Virus record (IMG/VR): IMGVR_UViG_3300005805_000431
Coordinates: 1-25,758 of that record
DNA from: a virus
Lineage: Duplodnaviria; Caudoviricetes
Reading direction: 5' to 3' (one strand)
Length of the DNA: 25,758 bases
Shown here one piece after another: positions 1 to 8,855 of this stretch. Both the position numbers and the translations under genes were made by a program. The number at the start of each line of letters is the position of its first letter. Positions within the stretch are counted from its first letter, which is position 1. The notes beneath the pieces were generated by a model. It searched no databases. It worked only from the letters and a program-made list of their open reading frames with translations, and was not told the origin of the DNA.

Positions 1-57
1 TGCAAGATCTTCTTGAAGTTCTTGAAGTTCTGTCAGTTCTTCTCTGCTGATCTGCAT
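1..57 (-). CDS. Hypothetical protein, 5' part only (runs off the window start)
   Basis: Hand translation from ATG at 57: MQISREELTELQELQEDLA...; lies directly downstream of a sigma70-type promoter. Confidence 0.65.
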   Translation of the reverse strand, partial: MQISREELTELQELQEDLA

Positions 58-86
58 AATGGGTCACACTGGTTGCTTACCTGATC

Positions 87-115
87 ATTCTAGCATCAAG
101 GGCAGCAGTTTTCAA
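87..115 (-). promoter_or_regulatory. Sigma70-like early promoter
   Basis: Minus strand TTGAAA (115-110), 17 nt spacer, TAGAAT (92-87) with an extended -10 TG (TGcTAGAAT). Confidence 0.75.
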
Positions 116-794
116 GTTTAGTGGACAGTTCCTGAACTGTCTGCTTGAGTGAATTGATTTGTTCTTGCTGCTCTTTGATTGCTTCTATTAATAGTGCTGT
201 TAGGTTTTCATATTTAATACTTTTTAGTATTTGATTTTCAGCAGGAATTTCTGTTACTACTTCTGGAACTATTTTTTCAACATCTTGTGCAATCAATCCA
301 ATTTGCCTTGATTCTTCTTTTGCTCTTTGTGGCACTGTGTCGGGATTCCAATCAAAACTAACGCCATTAAGATTTAATACTTTATCTAATGAATTTTCAA
401 GTTTAGATACATTTGTTTTTGCTCTTTGATCTGAACATGGTTTTGTTTCTATACAATTTGTATTAATCCTCCAAAATCCCCAAAGATTTCCATTTGGGCT
501 AGCAAAATCCATTGCAACACAAGCATTATCTTGTTTTGGTTCTGCGTTTGCTTGACCACCAACACCAGATTTAAATCCAATTAAAGAAGTAAGACCTGTG
601 ATGGATTGCAATCCTATACCATTATATAATCCAATCTGATTAGTCAATGCTATATGATTATTAATACCAAAAGTTTGTAAACTAAATGGCACAGTTGGAT
701 CCATGGAGGGCCATATATCCACACCAGAAATTGGAGGTGCCCCAGCTAATCCAACCTGAATTGATTCTGTTTGTATGGTATTAATGTGTGCCAT
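96..794 (-). CDS. Small tail/spike protein with C-terminal intramolecular chaperone (peptidase S74) domain
   Basis: SDQRAK, LNGVSFDW, IGLIAQDVEKIVPEVV and YENLTALLIEAIKEQQEQI followed by a coiled coil are typical S74 motifs. N-terminus has 6-residue Gly-periodic repeats. Confidence 0.85.
   Translation of the reverse strand: MAHINTIQTESIQVGLAGAPPISGVDIWPSMDPTVPFSLQTFGINNHIALTNQIGLYNGIGLQSITGLTSLIGFKSGVGGQANAEPKQDNACVAMDFASPNGNLWGFWRINTNCIETKPCSDQRAKTNVSKLENSLDKVLNLNGVSFDWNPDTVPQRAKEESRQIGLIAQDVEKIVPEVVTEIPAENQILKSIKYENLTALLIEAIKEQQEQINSLKQTVQELSTKLENCCP
124..141. promoter_or_regulatory. Palindrome upstream of the early promoter
   Basis: GACAGTTC-ct-GAACTGTC, a perfect 8-bp inverted repeat 8 nt upstream of the -35 box. 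Resembles palindromes associated with cyanomyovirus early promoters. Confidence 0.65.
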
Positions 795-797
795 AGT

Positions 798-1379
798 TTA
801 AAAATAATCTGGGAATAAATTTTGCAATAAAATATCTCTAAAATCTGCTAAATTTCTTGGAATTAATTTTGTTGAGGGTTCACTAATATTAACTCCACCA
901 TTTCCTTTTATAAAAATTGCACCTTTACTTGCAAGTGCCATTCTAGTTCTTGCACCAATGGCAACAACTGAACCATTGATCCTAACAGTATCTGATGCTT
1001 CTAATTTTAAATTTCCTTTAGAACTAATTACAAGATCTTGATCTGATCCAGATGACTCAAATCTAATAGTTCTTGCTGCGAATGTTAATTCACCATTTCC
1101 AGCATCTAATCTAATATTCTTTCCCTTAATTGCCAGCCCATCTTTACATTGACTTACAATATTATCTGCAAATTTTCCAGTAGATTGTCCTTGAATTTCA
1201 AATCCACCATCTTCATATAGTTTTATGCAAGCATTTGATGTTGCATGGAGTTCTATTTGTCTAGTTCTTTCTGTTACCCCATCATCGGTTCCAATAAAGA
1301 TTGAACCAGCAGCAGCATCATTTAATACATATCCAGTTTTAGGAGGGACATACCCCTGTGGTCCTTGATTATCCGCCAT
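798..1379 (-). CDS. gp5 C-terminal-like beta-helix spike protein
   Basis: Directly follows gp5; repetitive beta-strand pattern (GKNIRLDAGNGELTFAARTIRFES, GNLKLEASDTVRING). Start placed at ATG 1379 (MADNQG) rather than GTG 1391. Confidence 0.6.
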   Translation of the reverse strand: MADNQGPQGYVPPKTGYVLNDAAAGSIFIGTDDGVTERTRQIELHATSNACIKLYEDGGFEIQGQSTGKFADNIVSQCKDGLAIKGKNIRLDAGNGELTFAARTIRFESSGSDQDLVISSKGNLKLEASDTVRINGSVVAIGARTRMALASKGAIFIKGNGGVNISEPSTKLIPRNLADFRDILLQNLFPDYF

Positions 1380-3405
1380 GATCTTCAGCACAAAGAATTA
1401 CTTTCTTAACTTTAGTAATGTTAGTTTCAGTAGAAACTGGACCAACAGGATTAAAGTTGAGAATTGGTTGAAGGACTGCTCCTTCTCCATCTTCAGTATT
1501 TATTGACAGTTGTGGGAACACTCTAATTGCAGAACCTGGGTTGATAATATTAGTTCCAATAATTCTTCCATCTGGATCTATAATAGGATAAATTTGAACA
1601 TCATTATCACAAGAAGAATCAATGATTAGATCATCAAATTTATATCCTATTCCTGTATTGAGAATATTGACACCAACAACATATCCAACAACATCAGAAC
1701 CACTTTGATCAATTGGATTTGTATTACATGGATCTGTAGATGCGGTTGGTCCAAGATAACCTGACCCTGGTTTTTCTATAGTAACAGAAGTTACCTGCCC
1801 ATCAGTAATATTTGTAGATGCAACTGCACCAGATCCATTTCCACAAGGATCTTCAATGGAAATGTATGGAGCACTTGAATATCCACTTCCTGGATTTAAA
1901 ATATTAACTCCCATTACTTGACCTAATGCATCAACAACAGCAAATCCAGATGCTCCAGAACCTCCACCACCAAAGAATTCAACATTTGGTAGTCCACATT
2001 CTAAAGTAAGTGCATTACAAGATCCATATGAAGATGATAAGTATGAATATTCAGAATCTTCTCCCCCAGCACCAGTAATTCCAAGCCATTTTCTTGCTGC
2101 TTCTCCACCTTCTTCTATACCAGTATTTGGATAGTTAATAATTCTTTGGACATCATCTATTGTTTCTTGGGCAATATATCCTTTATTCATTTCATAATCA
2201 AGAACTTCTTTACACTCTGCACTTTCACAACTTAAGAATGAAAGTGCTTGATTTGCAAATGATAATGCTTGTGAGATATAAGAAGAAACTTCCCCTACTA
2301 CTCCCCCTAATTGGGATGAAAATTCTTCAAGTGCTGGTCCAATTCCATTACTAATTTCATTTGTTAATGTAGAAATAACACTTCCAGCAAATGCTTCTGC
2401 TGCACAAATAGGTATGTTGGTAACTGTGTTTACTATTTCTGTAAGAAAATTAAAAACAAACTCACCAATTCCTTTAATGACTTTTGAAAATGCACACCAA
2501 ATACTATCTACAATTTTATCAGTGGCAATTTGTTTAAATATTTTAATATCTTTAGGAAGAAGGCTATTTATTACTCCCTCTAACCATTTGTAAATCTCTC
2601 CAATAACAAGATCTCTTTGATATTTTATATATTCACTAAACAAATCTGATATTGCTGTTGCCACATCCTGTATTAATCCTGGGATATCTTGAATAGTATT
2701 TAATACAGGATTAATAAAACCTGTGGATACCTGCTGAATAGTTTGCAATGTTTTGATAAATGATCTTAATGCTTTTACTATTCTTGAATAAGTTGTTTTT
2801 GAACTTTTGCAAGTTGGGGGTATAGTAATTACTTGACTATTATTTACATCATTTTTAGATCTTCCAGTGTCTGTTGCAACTGCACCTTGAGTAGGCTTTG
2901 TTGGACTAGCAGGATCTGCATTTCCAGAATTTGGAATATCAGATCCACCTGTATTAAATGTTTTTCCAGTTTCTGCAGATTTATTATTTGGATTTTTTAT
3001 TGAATCTTTCTTTGCCTTAAATGAATTAAATCCATTAGTACCTTCATTGAAATCATTAGGATGTTCAATTTTATATCCAGAAAATAATGATCCAATAATA
3101 ACTGGTTGTTGTCCATTATCTCCATCCATGAAGAATCCAATAACAGTTTCACCACCCCTACTATTAAAACTGACTCCAGTTCCTCCTTCTCCAGATCCCA
3201 TGTTGAGGGGAACTAATACATGTGCCCAAGGAAGTTCTTCCTCAGAAATAACACTTGCAGCATCAGGATGATATCCTATAATCCTAACTTTTGCTTTATA
3301 CCCATCACCATTAAAAAATTTATATTGAGTGCATAAACCAATAAACCATCTAAAGGATTCTTTACCTAAAAAGTTGGGACTAATTAGGGATTGTTCAAGC
3401 ATCAT
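1369..3405 (-). CDS. gp5: Baseplate hub subunit gp5-like (OB-fold N-terminus, no recognisable lysozyme domain)
   Basis: FRWFIG, KVRIIGYH, ELPWAHV and GETVIGFFMDGDNGQQPVIIGS match the Gp5 OB-fold signature. Central helical region; C-terminal NPGSGY-type beta repeats. Confidence 0.85.
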   Translation of the reverse strand: MMLEQSLISPNFLGKESFRWFIGLCTQYKFFNGDGYKAKVRIIGYHPDAASVISEEELPWAHVLVPLNMGSGEGGTGVSFNSRGGETVIGFFMDGDNGQQPVIIGSLFSGYKIEHPNDFNEGTNGFNSFKAKKDSIKNPNNKSAETGKTFNTGGSDIPNSGNADPASPTKPTQGAVATDTGRSKNDVNNSQVITIPPTCKSSKTTYSRIVKALRSFIKTLQTIQQVSTGFINPVLNTIQDIPGLIQDVATAISDLFSEYIKYQRDLVIGEIYKWLEGVINSLLPKDIKIFKQIATDKIVDSIWCAFSKVIKGIGEFVFNFLTEIVNTVTNIPICAAEAFAGSVISTLTNEISNGIGPALEEFSSQLGGVVGEVSSYISQALSFANQALSFLSCESAECKEVLDYEMNKGYIAQETIDDVQRIINYPNTGIEEGGEAARKWLGITGAGGEDSEYSYLSSSYGSCNALTLECGLPNVEFFGGGGSGASGFAVVDALGQVMGVNILNPGSGYSSAPYISIEDPCGNGSGAVASTNITDGQVTSVTIEKPGSGYLGPTASTDPCNTNPIDQSGSDVVGYVVGVNILNTGIGYKFDDLIIDSSCDNDVQIYPIIDPDGRIIGTNIINPGSAIRVFPQLSINTEDGEGAVLQPILNFNPVGPVSTETNITKVKKVILCAEDHGG

Positions 3406-3614
3406 AAGTCATATACCTTACATTCTAAAGCATTTGGATTTTCATCACAAAATAATTCCAATGGCGATGGATCATGATCATCCTCTGGATGATTGGCATG
3501 ATACTTCTCAAGAGAATCTAATTCGTTTTCTATATGTCTACGTCTTTGTGATGAAATCATTGGGTCAGTGAGTTCATCTTGATCTTTTTTAATGTGATCG
3601 TTAATGTTTGTCAT
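3402..3614 (-). CDS. cp12: CP12 Calvin-cycle inhibitor (auxiliary metabolic gene)
   Basis: 70 aa with C-terminal PSPLELFCDENPNALECKVYD, the CP12 C-terminal Cys pair motif. Confidence 0.92.
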   Translation of the reverse strand: MTNINDHIKKDQDELTDPMISSQRRRHIENELDSLEKYHANHPEDDHDPSPLELFCDENPNALECKVYDL

Positions 3615-4960
3615 TCTGGGGGTTCTCCATAAGAATCTCTGATTAATTTAAGACCTGTCCATCCTTGATTCTGTTCAAATAAATGTGACAATTCTTTTAT
3701 CAAATAATAACCAGATTTTTCTCTGTCCTTTGTACCTTTCTTACCATCTTCCTTTGTAATGTATCCAAAATTTAATTCAATTATATCACCAACAGTTAAT
3801 TTTAAATTTAATGGTATAGTTATATTTAACTTTTGAGAGAATGCTAAATTGTACCTTGCTACAGATTGTGCCTGATAGTATAGAGTATTATCTTTAGATT
3901 TATTTATTGTGGAACTTGGTTCATCTGCAGGATCTGAAGAAAAATTATCCAAAACCCTAACCATAATTCTTGATGGGTGTTCCTTTGTATCTAAATCTAA
4001 AGGTACTTGTGGGGTCTTATTTGTTTTAGATGCATGAGACATCAAAGGATAACTATCTTTTAAAGTATAATTATAGATGTTAAATTTTCTTTCATTTACA
4101 TCAAAGAAATAATTTTGAGTTGAGTACATTCCAATCCTTAAATTTTCCATAATATTAACATTCTTTTCAAACACTGGAATACTACTAATTCTAAAGTTAG
4201 CATTATTACTTGCAGGATTATCTACTACCTCAGTGTAAAAATAAGTTGGTATATCAACTTTATTGGTGGTATTCAATTCAAATCCACTCATTAATGAATC
4301 TACACTTTTAAAATTAAATCCATTTTTATTTTGGAAAAAAAGAAATCCAGCAGTTCCTTTGTCAGTATCTGATTTTGATTTTGCTGGAATTGATTTGGGA
4401 CATAACCATGTCAGCACAGTAAATGGTCGTTTATTATTTCCATAAAACACATATTCATTTGAAGTTTTTTCTATATTTTTTGCACTGTAATTAGTTGTAG
4501 ATAGTACGTTTTTTAAAATTTCATTCACTGTATCCCCTATATTACCTTTATATTTTCTTATAACTCTTGAAGTTTCATTTTGAAAAACTTCTGCAGGACA
4601 TAGCTCTACAGAAAATACTTCTTTTGTGGATTGTGTAGTAGAACCATGAACTTTATAGATGTAATAAGTATTTTTTGTCTCATCTAAAATTATTGATTTT
4701 CCTGTTCCTGGTTGCCTTACAGTTAGATTAACCCTTTCTCCACCCTTAATGCCAGGAGATTTATTTGGATCTTCATTTGGCAATGAACTCAAAAGACCAT
4801 CAGTATCAGTAAGCAACATGGAAACAAAAATAGATGGCGAAAACAAATCCTCAAAATATTGAATAGATGAAACGCAACTAGTTGCATCTATAACATTTTT
4901 ACCATCTGAAGATTCTATAAGAAACTGTTCAATCTTATAATTAAAATATGATTCTGCCAT
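3611..4960 (-). CDS. Baseplate hub protein (gp27-like)
   Basis: IQYFEDLFSPSI, GIKGGERV, AGFLFFQNKNGFNFKSVD, LTVGDII and SGYYLIKELSH motifs; sits between the tape-measure-like genes and gp5. Confidence 0.65.
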   Translation of the reverse strand: MAESYFNYKIEQFLIESSDGKNVIDATSCVSSIQYFEDLFSPSIFVSMLLTDTDGLLSSLPNEDPNKSPGIKGGERVNLTVRQPGTGKSIILDETKNTYYIYKVHGSTTQSTKEVFSVELCPAEVFQNETSRVIRKYKGNIGDTVNEILKNVLSTTNYSAKNIEKTSNEYVFYGNNKRPFTVLTWLCPKSIPAKSKSDTDKGTAGFLFFQNKNGFNFKSVDSLMSGFELNTTNKVDIPTYFYTEVVDNPASNNANFRISSIPVFEKNVNIMENLRIGMYSTQNYFFDVNERKFNIYNYTLKDSYPLMSHASKTNKTPQVPLDLDTKEHPSRIMVRVLDNFSSDPADEPSSTINKSKDNTLYYQAQSVARYNLAFSQKLNITIPLNLKLTVGDIIELNFGYITKEDGKKGTKDREKSGYYLIKELSHLFEQNQGWTGLKLIRDSYGEPPE

Positions 4961-4962
4961 TA

Positions 4963-6981
4963 TTATACTGTATTGAGAAGTACTCTCTTATAGAAACTAT
5001 TTAACACTTGTTCTTCAGATGGTCCCATCATCATGGGAGCAGAAGAACCCTGTTGCATCATCTGTGGTTGTTGAGGAATGGAAATTGGTAATGGTATTAT
5101 TTGACCTGCTTGTGACCTTGAATCATATGAAGCATAGGTTGCAATAGTAGGTCGTTGCATTGCAGGTGTGGGAGTGATTCGTGCTGCAGATCTTTGAGTT
5201 TGAGTTTGTCTACCACGAACATTAAATCCTCCAGGTCCAATAGAAAGTCCAAGTGGATTTTGTGTAGAAGGTTGCTGGAATATAGGAGAAATATTTTGCT
5301 GATTATTTACTGCACTTTTTACTTTAACATTTCCACCAAATCTAAAAATTTTAGGTGCAATAGCAGTTGGATCAATTCTTCCAGATCCATTCTCATATTC
5401 AAAATGTAAATGAGGACCTTCAGAATTTCCAGATCCAGGAGCACCAGCAACTCCACCAGTTTTTCCTATTACTTGTCCTGGTGTAACTTGTGTTCCTGCA
5501 GCAACATTTATTTGACTTAGGTGTGCATATCTACTTATAGATCCATCTTGATGTCTAATTTCAACTACTGCACCCCATCCACTAGGATCATAGTTCATAT
5601 CTGCAACAGTTACAACCCCAGGTTGAATGATACTTATTGCTGTGCCATTTGGTCTGAAGTAATCATTTCCTTTATGTTGTCTCCCTCCTCTTGGTCCAAA
5701 TGGAGAATCTGGGGTCCCAGGAACTTCTCCTCCAGTTGCTTCCAAATCTTGAAGAGTATCACCAGTGGTTAATGCTCTGTTTCCAGTTTCAATAACTCCA
5801 GATTGTTCTCCTGACATTCCCATGCCACCTTTAAATCCTTTAACAAACTCTTCAAATTTATTAACTGACCTTTCATAACTATTCAATGTTTTTCCAAAAG
5901 TCAACCCACCACCCCTATCTTGATCTTTTTTAACCAATTCTTTTTGCTTTTGTGTTTGTTCTTTAAGTTTATCTTTTCTTCCTAAGAATGTTCCATCAAA
6001 AGCACCAAACTCTCTTGCTAAATCTATACCAAGAGCTGCCCAACCAACAATAGGAATGGCACTTACTGCAGACAAAATACCACCAACAACATCACCCTGA
6101 CTAAATCTATAAGCAGATAACCCTATATTAACAGCTGCCCCTAAAAGGGGTATTGCTCTTGCACCAACTCCTGCTGCCTTTGCTGCAGCAGTACCTCCTG
6201 CTCTAGTTGATGCTTGTGCAGCACCACCTCCACCTCTGGTTGCTATTCTTTCTGCAATATTGCCAACCCCAAATCTACCACCTGTAACAACTCTAGCTCT
6301 GTCTCCTATGTTAGCAGTACCCTGAATTAATCTTTCATTGGATGCTGCAAATCTACTGGCACTTCCTCCTGCTGCCTTTTGTGCCCATCCAGGAAGATTT
6401 CTTTGTGCTTGCATACCTGCATATGCTTGCCCAGCTCTTGTTTGTGAGTATGGTGACCCCAAAAATCTTCCACCAGAAGCAGCAGCACCTTCACCACCAG
6501 AAGCAGCACCACCTCTATTCATCAAAGCACTGACACCACGACCAAGTAAAGATGGTCCAAATGTTAATCCTGCTGCAACTAAACCAGAAGCTAGTGCTCC
6601 TCCCAAATCACCTTTAGAACCTTTTTGAACTGCCTTAAATGCTGCAAGTGCTGCTATTGCCTTAAAGGGATTGTCAGCAGACCCTGGTGTAAAAAAGTTT
6701 CCAGCATATTTTTTAATATCTGGGAGTTTAATTTTTACCCTTTGCTTCTTTGTAAACCTTTTATCATTTTGGTTTTGAATAGAATCTAATCTTCTTTTAT
6801 ACCTATTAAGAACTGTTAATTGCGTCTTCTTTTGATATGTCCCCTTCTCAAACGCTTTCAACAACTTAGAAGATGATTTTCTTATTTCATCAGAAGATCC
6901 TATAAGATTACTAATCTTAGTAATTTTAGGAACTATTTTAGGTTGTACCTGAGGTTTGTTTAGAAGAGTTTGTGAATTCAT
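4963..6981 (-). CDS. Tape-measure-like tail protein with M23 peptidase domain
   Basis: M23 motifs HKGND (HxxxD), SRYAHL and GNSEGPHLHFE (HxH); N-terminal coiled coil and Gly/Ala-rich helices; Pro/Gln-rich C-terminus. Confidence 0.8.
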   Translation of the reverse strand: MNSQTLLNKPQVQPKIVPKITKISNLIGSSDEIRKSSSKLLKAFEKGTYQKKTQLTVLNRYKRRLDSIQNQNDKRFTKKQRVKIKLPDIKKYAGNFFTPGSADNPFKAIAALAAFKAVQKGSKGDLGGALASGLVAAGLTFGPSLLGRGVSALMNRGGAASGGEGAAASGGRFLGSPYSQTRAGQAYAGMQAQRNLPGWAQKAAGGSASRFAASNERLIQGTANIGDRARVVTGGRFGVGNIAERIATRGGGGAAQASTRAGGTAAAKAAGVGARAIPLLGAAVNIGLSAYRFSQGDVVGGILSAVSAIPIVGWAALGIDLAREFGAFDGTFLGRKDKLKEQTQKQKELVKKDQDRGGGLTFGKTLNSYERSVNKFEEFVKGFKGGMGMSGEQSGVIETGNRALTTGDTLQDLEATGGEVPGTPDSPFGPRGGRQHKGNDYFRPNGTAISIIQPGVVTVADMNYDPSGWGAVVEIRHQDGSISRYAHLSQINVAAGTQVTPGQVIGKTGGVAGAPGSGNSEGPHLHFEYENGSGRIDPTAIAPKIFRFGGNVKVKSAVNNQQNISPIFQQPSTQNPLGLSIGPGGFNVRGRQTQTQRSAARITPTPAMQRPTIATYASYDSRSQAGQIIPLPISIPQQPQMMQQGSSAPMMMGPSEEQVLNSFYKRVLLNTV

Positions 6982-6984
6982 TTA

Positions 6985-8679
6985 TCAAACAATCTGATAG
7001 ATTAATTTTGAGTACAGTGCTAAAAAGTTTTCAGGATAAGTAGTGTCTATTGATGGGACACTATCATTACTTTCAGAAGTAGCTGAAGTTGGTTGTGATG
7101 CAGATTGTTGTGGAACAACCATAGGAACAATAGTTGGAGTTGCTGCTTGTGGTGCTGGTATATTTCTTCTTATTACACTAGAAGTATCAACTACAGATTC
7201 ATCTAAAATTGTAGATGACATGGATGGATATGTATTTGGTGAAGGAAGGATTGATGGTGGTGGAGCATTTTTTACATTTTCCCAAAGTTGATTCAATCTA
7301 GAGATGACTTGTTGAGATTGTTTTGAATCTGGGTTGCCAGTCCACTTTCGTGGACCATATTTTCTAAAATGATTTGCAAACATTAAATCTTGATTTCTTT
7401 CATCAAATTTATCAGAAGATTTAAGACCAGCATCTGTCATTGCTTCTGGAAGAGTATTTGGAGTAAATTGATATGCTCCAGCAGCATGAAGTTTTCCCTT
7501 ACTTTGCAAATCAATAACATCACCTATGCTCATATCAGTTAATTTTTTGCCCAAATAATGTTCTGCACCTTCAGGACTATCTCCACCAGTTCCTCTATTC
7601 ATGGCATTATATCCACCAGAATTAGCAGATTCATATCCCATAATAGTTTGTGCTGCTTCCTTAAGGTCTCCACTTAAAGATGTTAAAGGAGTGCTAGTTG
7701 GACCTGGGCTACCACCACCTCCTCCACCACCTCCTCCAGAGGTTCTTTGTGCTGGTGTTTCTTTTTGTTTTGCTAAAAGAAAGTCAAGTGCTTTTTCAAA
7801 TTTATTATTAAGTGTTTCAAATCTTCTTAAATCATCCTGAGGAAGTGAAACTATATTTCCAGGTTCTACTGATGCTTTTTGTTGCTGTGTTAGTTCTTCT
7901 AACCTATTTTGAGTTTGATCTTCTTGTGGTCTATTAAAGATGCTACTTGCTAAACCAATTCCCCCAGCAACAAGTCCTGCCCTACCAGCAAATCTACCAA
8001 ATCTTCCAAGTGCACTACCTGCTCCTGCTGCTGCAGGAGCTGCTGATGCTGCTGCTCGTGTTGCTGCTCCACCTCCAAACAATTTTCCAACCAAAGATGT
8101 TGTTATTGCACCAGCAATTCCAGCACCAATAGCAGGAAGATATGTTAATCCTATTCCAAGAAGTGGTCCAATAATTTTAGATGGGTCTCCAGATAAAATA
8201 CCCTGCATCAAATTAAACATAGAAAGTGCTCTAATAGCACCTCCAGCACCACTAAAGAATGACCCTACATATTTTTTAACTGCACCAAGAACATCAGATT
8301 TTTTATCTCCTAATTCCTTCCTTCCAAATATTCTACCTCTGTTTGCAATTCTCTTTCTATATTCTTCTGTTTCCTTTTTATTTTGCTCCTGAGTATTTTT
8401 ATAATCTTCTGAAATGACTTGAACAATTCTTTCTAAATTATTTTTAGTTTGCTCAAGATTTAAAGTTACTTTACCCAAAGAAGAAATATCTCTTTGAGTA
8501 GTTGTTATTCCATCATCTATTCCAGAAGGTTGTAATTTACTTATTACCTGTTGAGGAGCAGATCTTCTTGGGACTAATGATATCCTTCTAGTAATAGGCG
8601 TGCCAAAAGATCCAAATCTTATTCCAGAACTTGTCCCAATAAATTTTAAGGCTCTTTGTTTTAAATCTTCTGGATTCAT
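6985..8679 (-). CDS. Tape-measure-like tail protein with lysozyme-like domain
   Basis: IMGYESANSGGYNAMN, AAGAYQFTPNTL and KFDERNQD are lysozyme/lytic-transglycosylase-fold motifs. Coiled coil plus Gly/Ala-rich N-terminal half. Confidence 0.75.
   Translation of the reverse strand: MNPEDLKQRALKFIGTSSGIRFGSFGTPITRRISLVPRRSAPQQVISKLQPSGIDDGITTTQRDISSLGKVTLNLEQTKNNLERIVQVISEDYKNTQEQNKKETEEYRKRIANRGRIFGRKELGDKKSDVLGAVKKYVGSFFSGAGGAIRALSMFNLMQGILSGDPSKIIGPLLGIGLTYLPAIGAGIAGAITTSLVGKLFGGGAATRAAASAAPAAAGAGSALGRFGRFAGRAGLVAGGIGLASSIFNRPQEDQTQNRLEELTQQQKASVEPGNIVSLPQDDLRRFETLNNKFEKALDFLLAKQKETPAQRTSGGGGGGGGGSPGPTSTPLTSLSGDLKEAAQTIMGYESANSGGYNAMNRGTGGDSPEGAEHYLGKKLTDMSIGDVIDLQSKGKLHAAGAYQFTPNTLPEAMTDAGLKSSDKFDERNQDLMFANHFRKYGPRKWTGNPDSKQSQQVISRLNQLWENVKNAPPPSILPSPNTYPSMSSTILDESVVDTSSVIRRNIPAPQAATPTIVPMVVPQQSASQPTSATSESNDSVPSIDTTYPENFLALYSKLIYQIV
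7711..7737 (-). repeat. Gly9 codon run (GGA/GGT) in the linker before the lysozyme-like domain
   Basis: Plus strand accaccacctcctccaccacctcctcc. Confidence 0.8.
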
Positions 8680-8855
8680 CTATTTGCTTTTGCTGCTTTT
8701 TCCTCTTCTTCTTTAATATGATTTTCAAGAAGTGACAGGTAAATCTCACGTTCCCAAGGCATCATATTTTCAATCTCTGTCAAAGAGTATTTATGATACT
8801 GCATCAAGGCAAAATTAGTTCTGTAATATGTCTCTAGATCTTCATGACCTAGCAT
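8676..8855 (-). CDS. gp51: Baseplate hub assembly catalyst gp51-like (59 aa, absent from the ORF track)
   Basis: Hand translation MLGHEDLETYYRTNFALMQYHKYSLTEIENMMPWEREIYLSLLENHIKEEEEKAAKANR*. TAATG overlap with gp26 and ATGA overlap with the next gene. Confidence 0.88.
   Translation of the reverse strand: MLGHEDLETYYRTNFALMQYHKYSLTEIENMMPWEREIYLSLLENHIKEEEEKAAKANR

Noticed and set aside
9-30. Short tandem repeat (TTCTTGAAG)x2
   Set aside because: Simply encodes ELQELQE; too short to be an array.
1369-1391. Possible frameshift joining gp5 to the downstream beta-helix gene
   Set aside because: The downstream ORF is in the +1 phase, no slippery heptamer is visible and an ordinary overlapping ATG is available.
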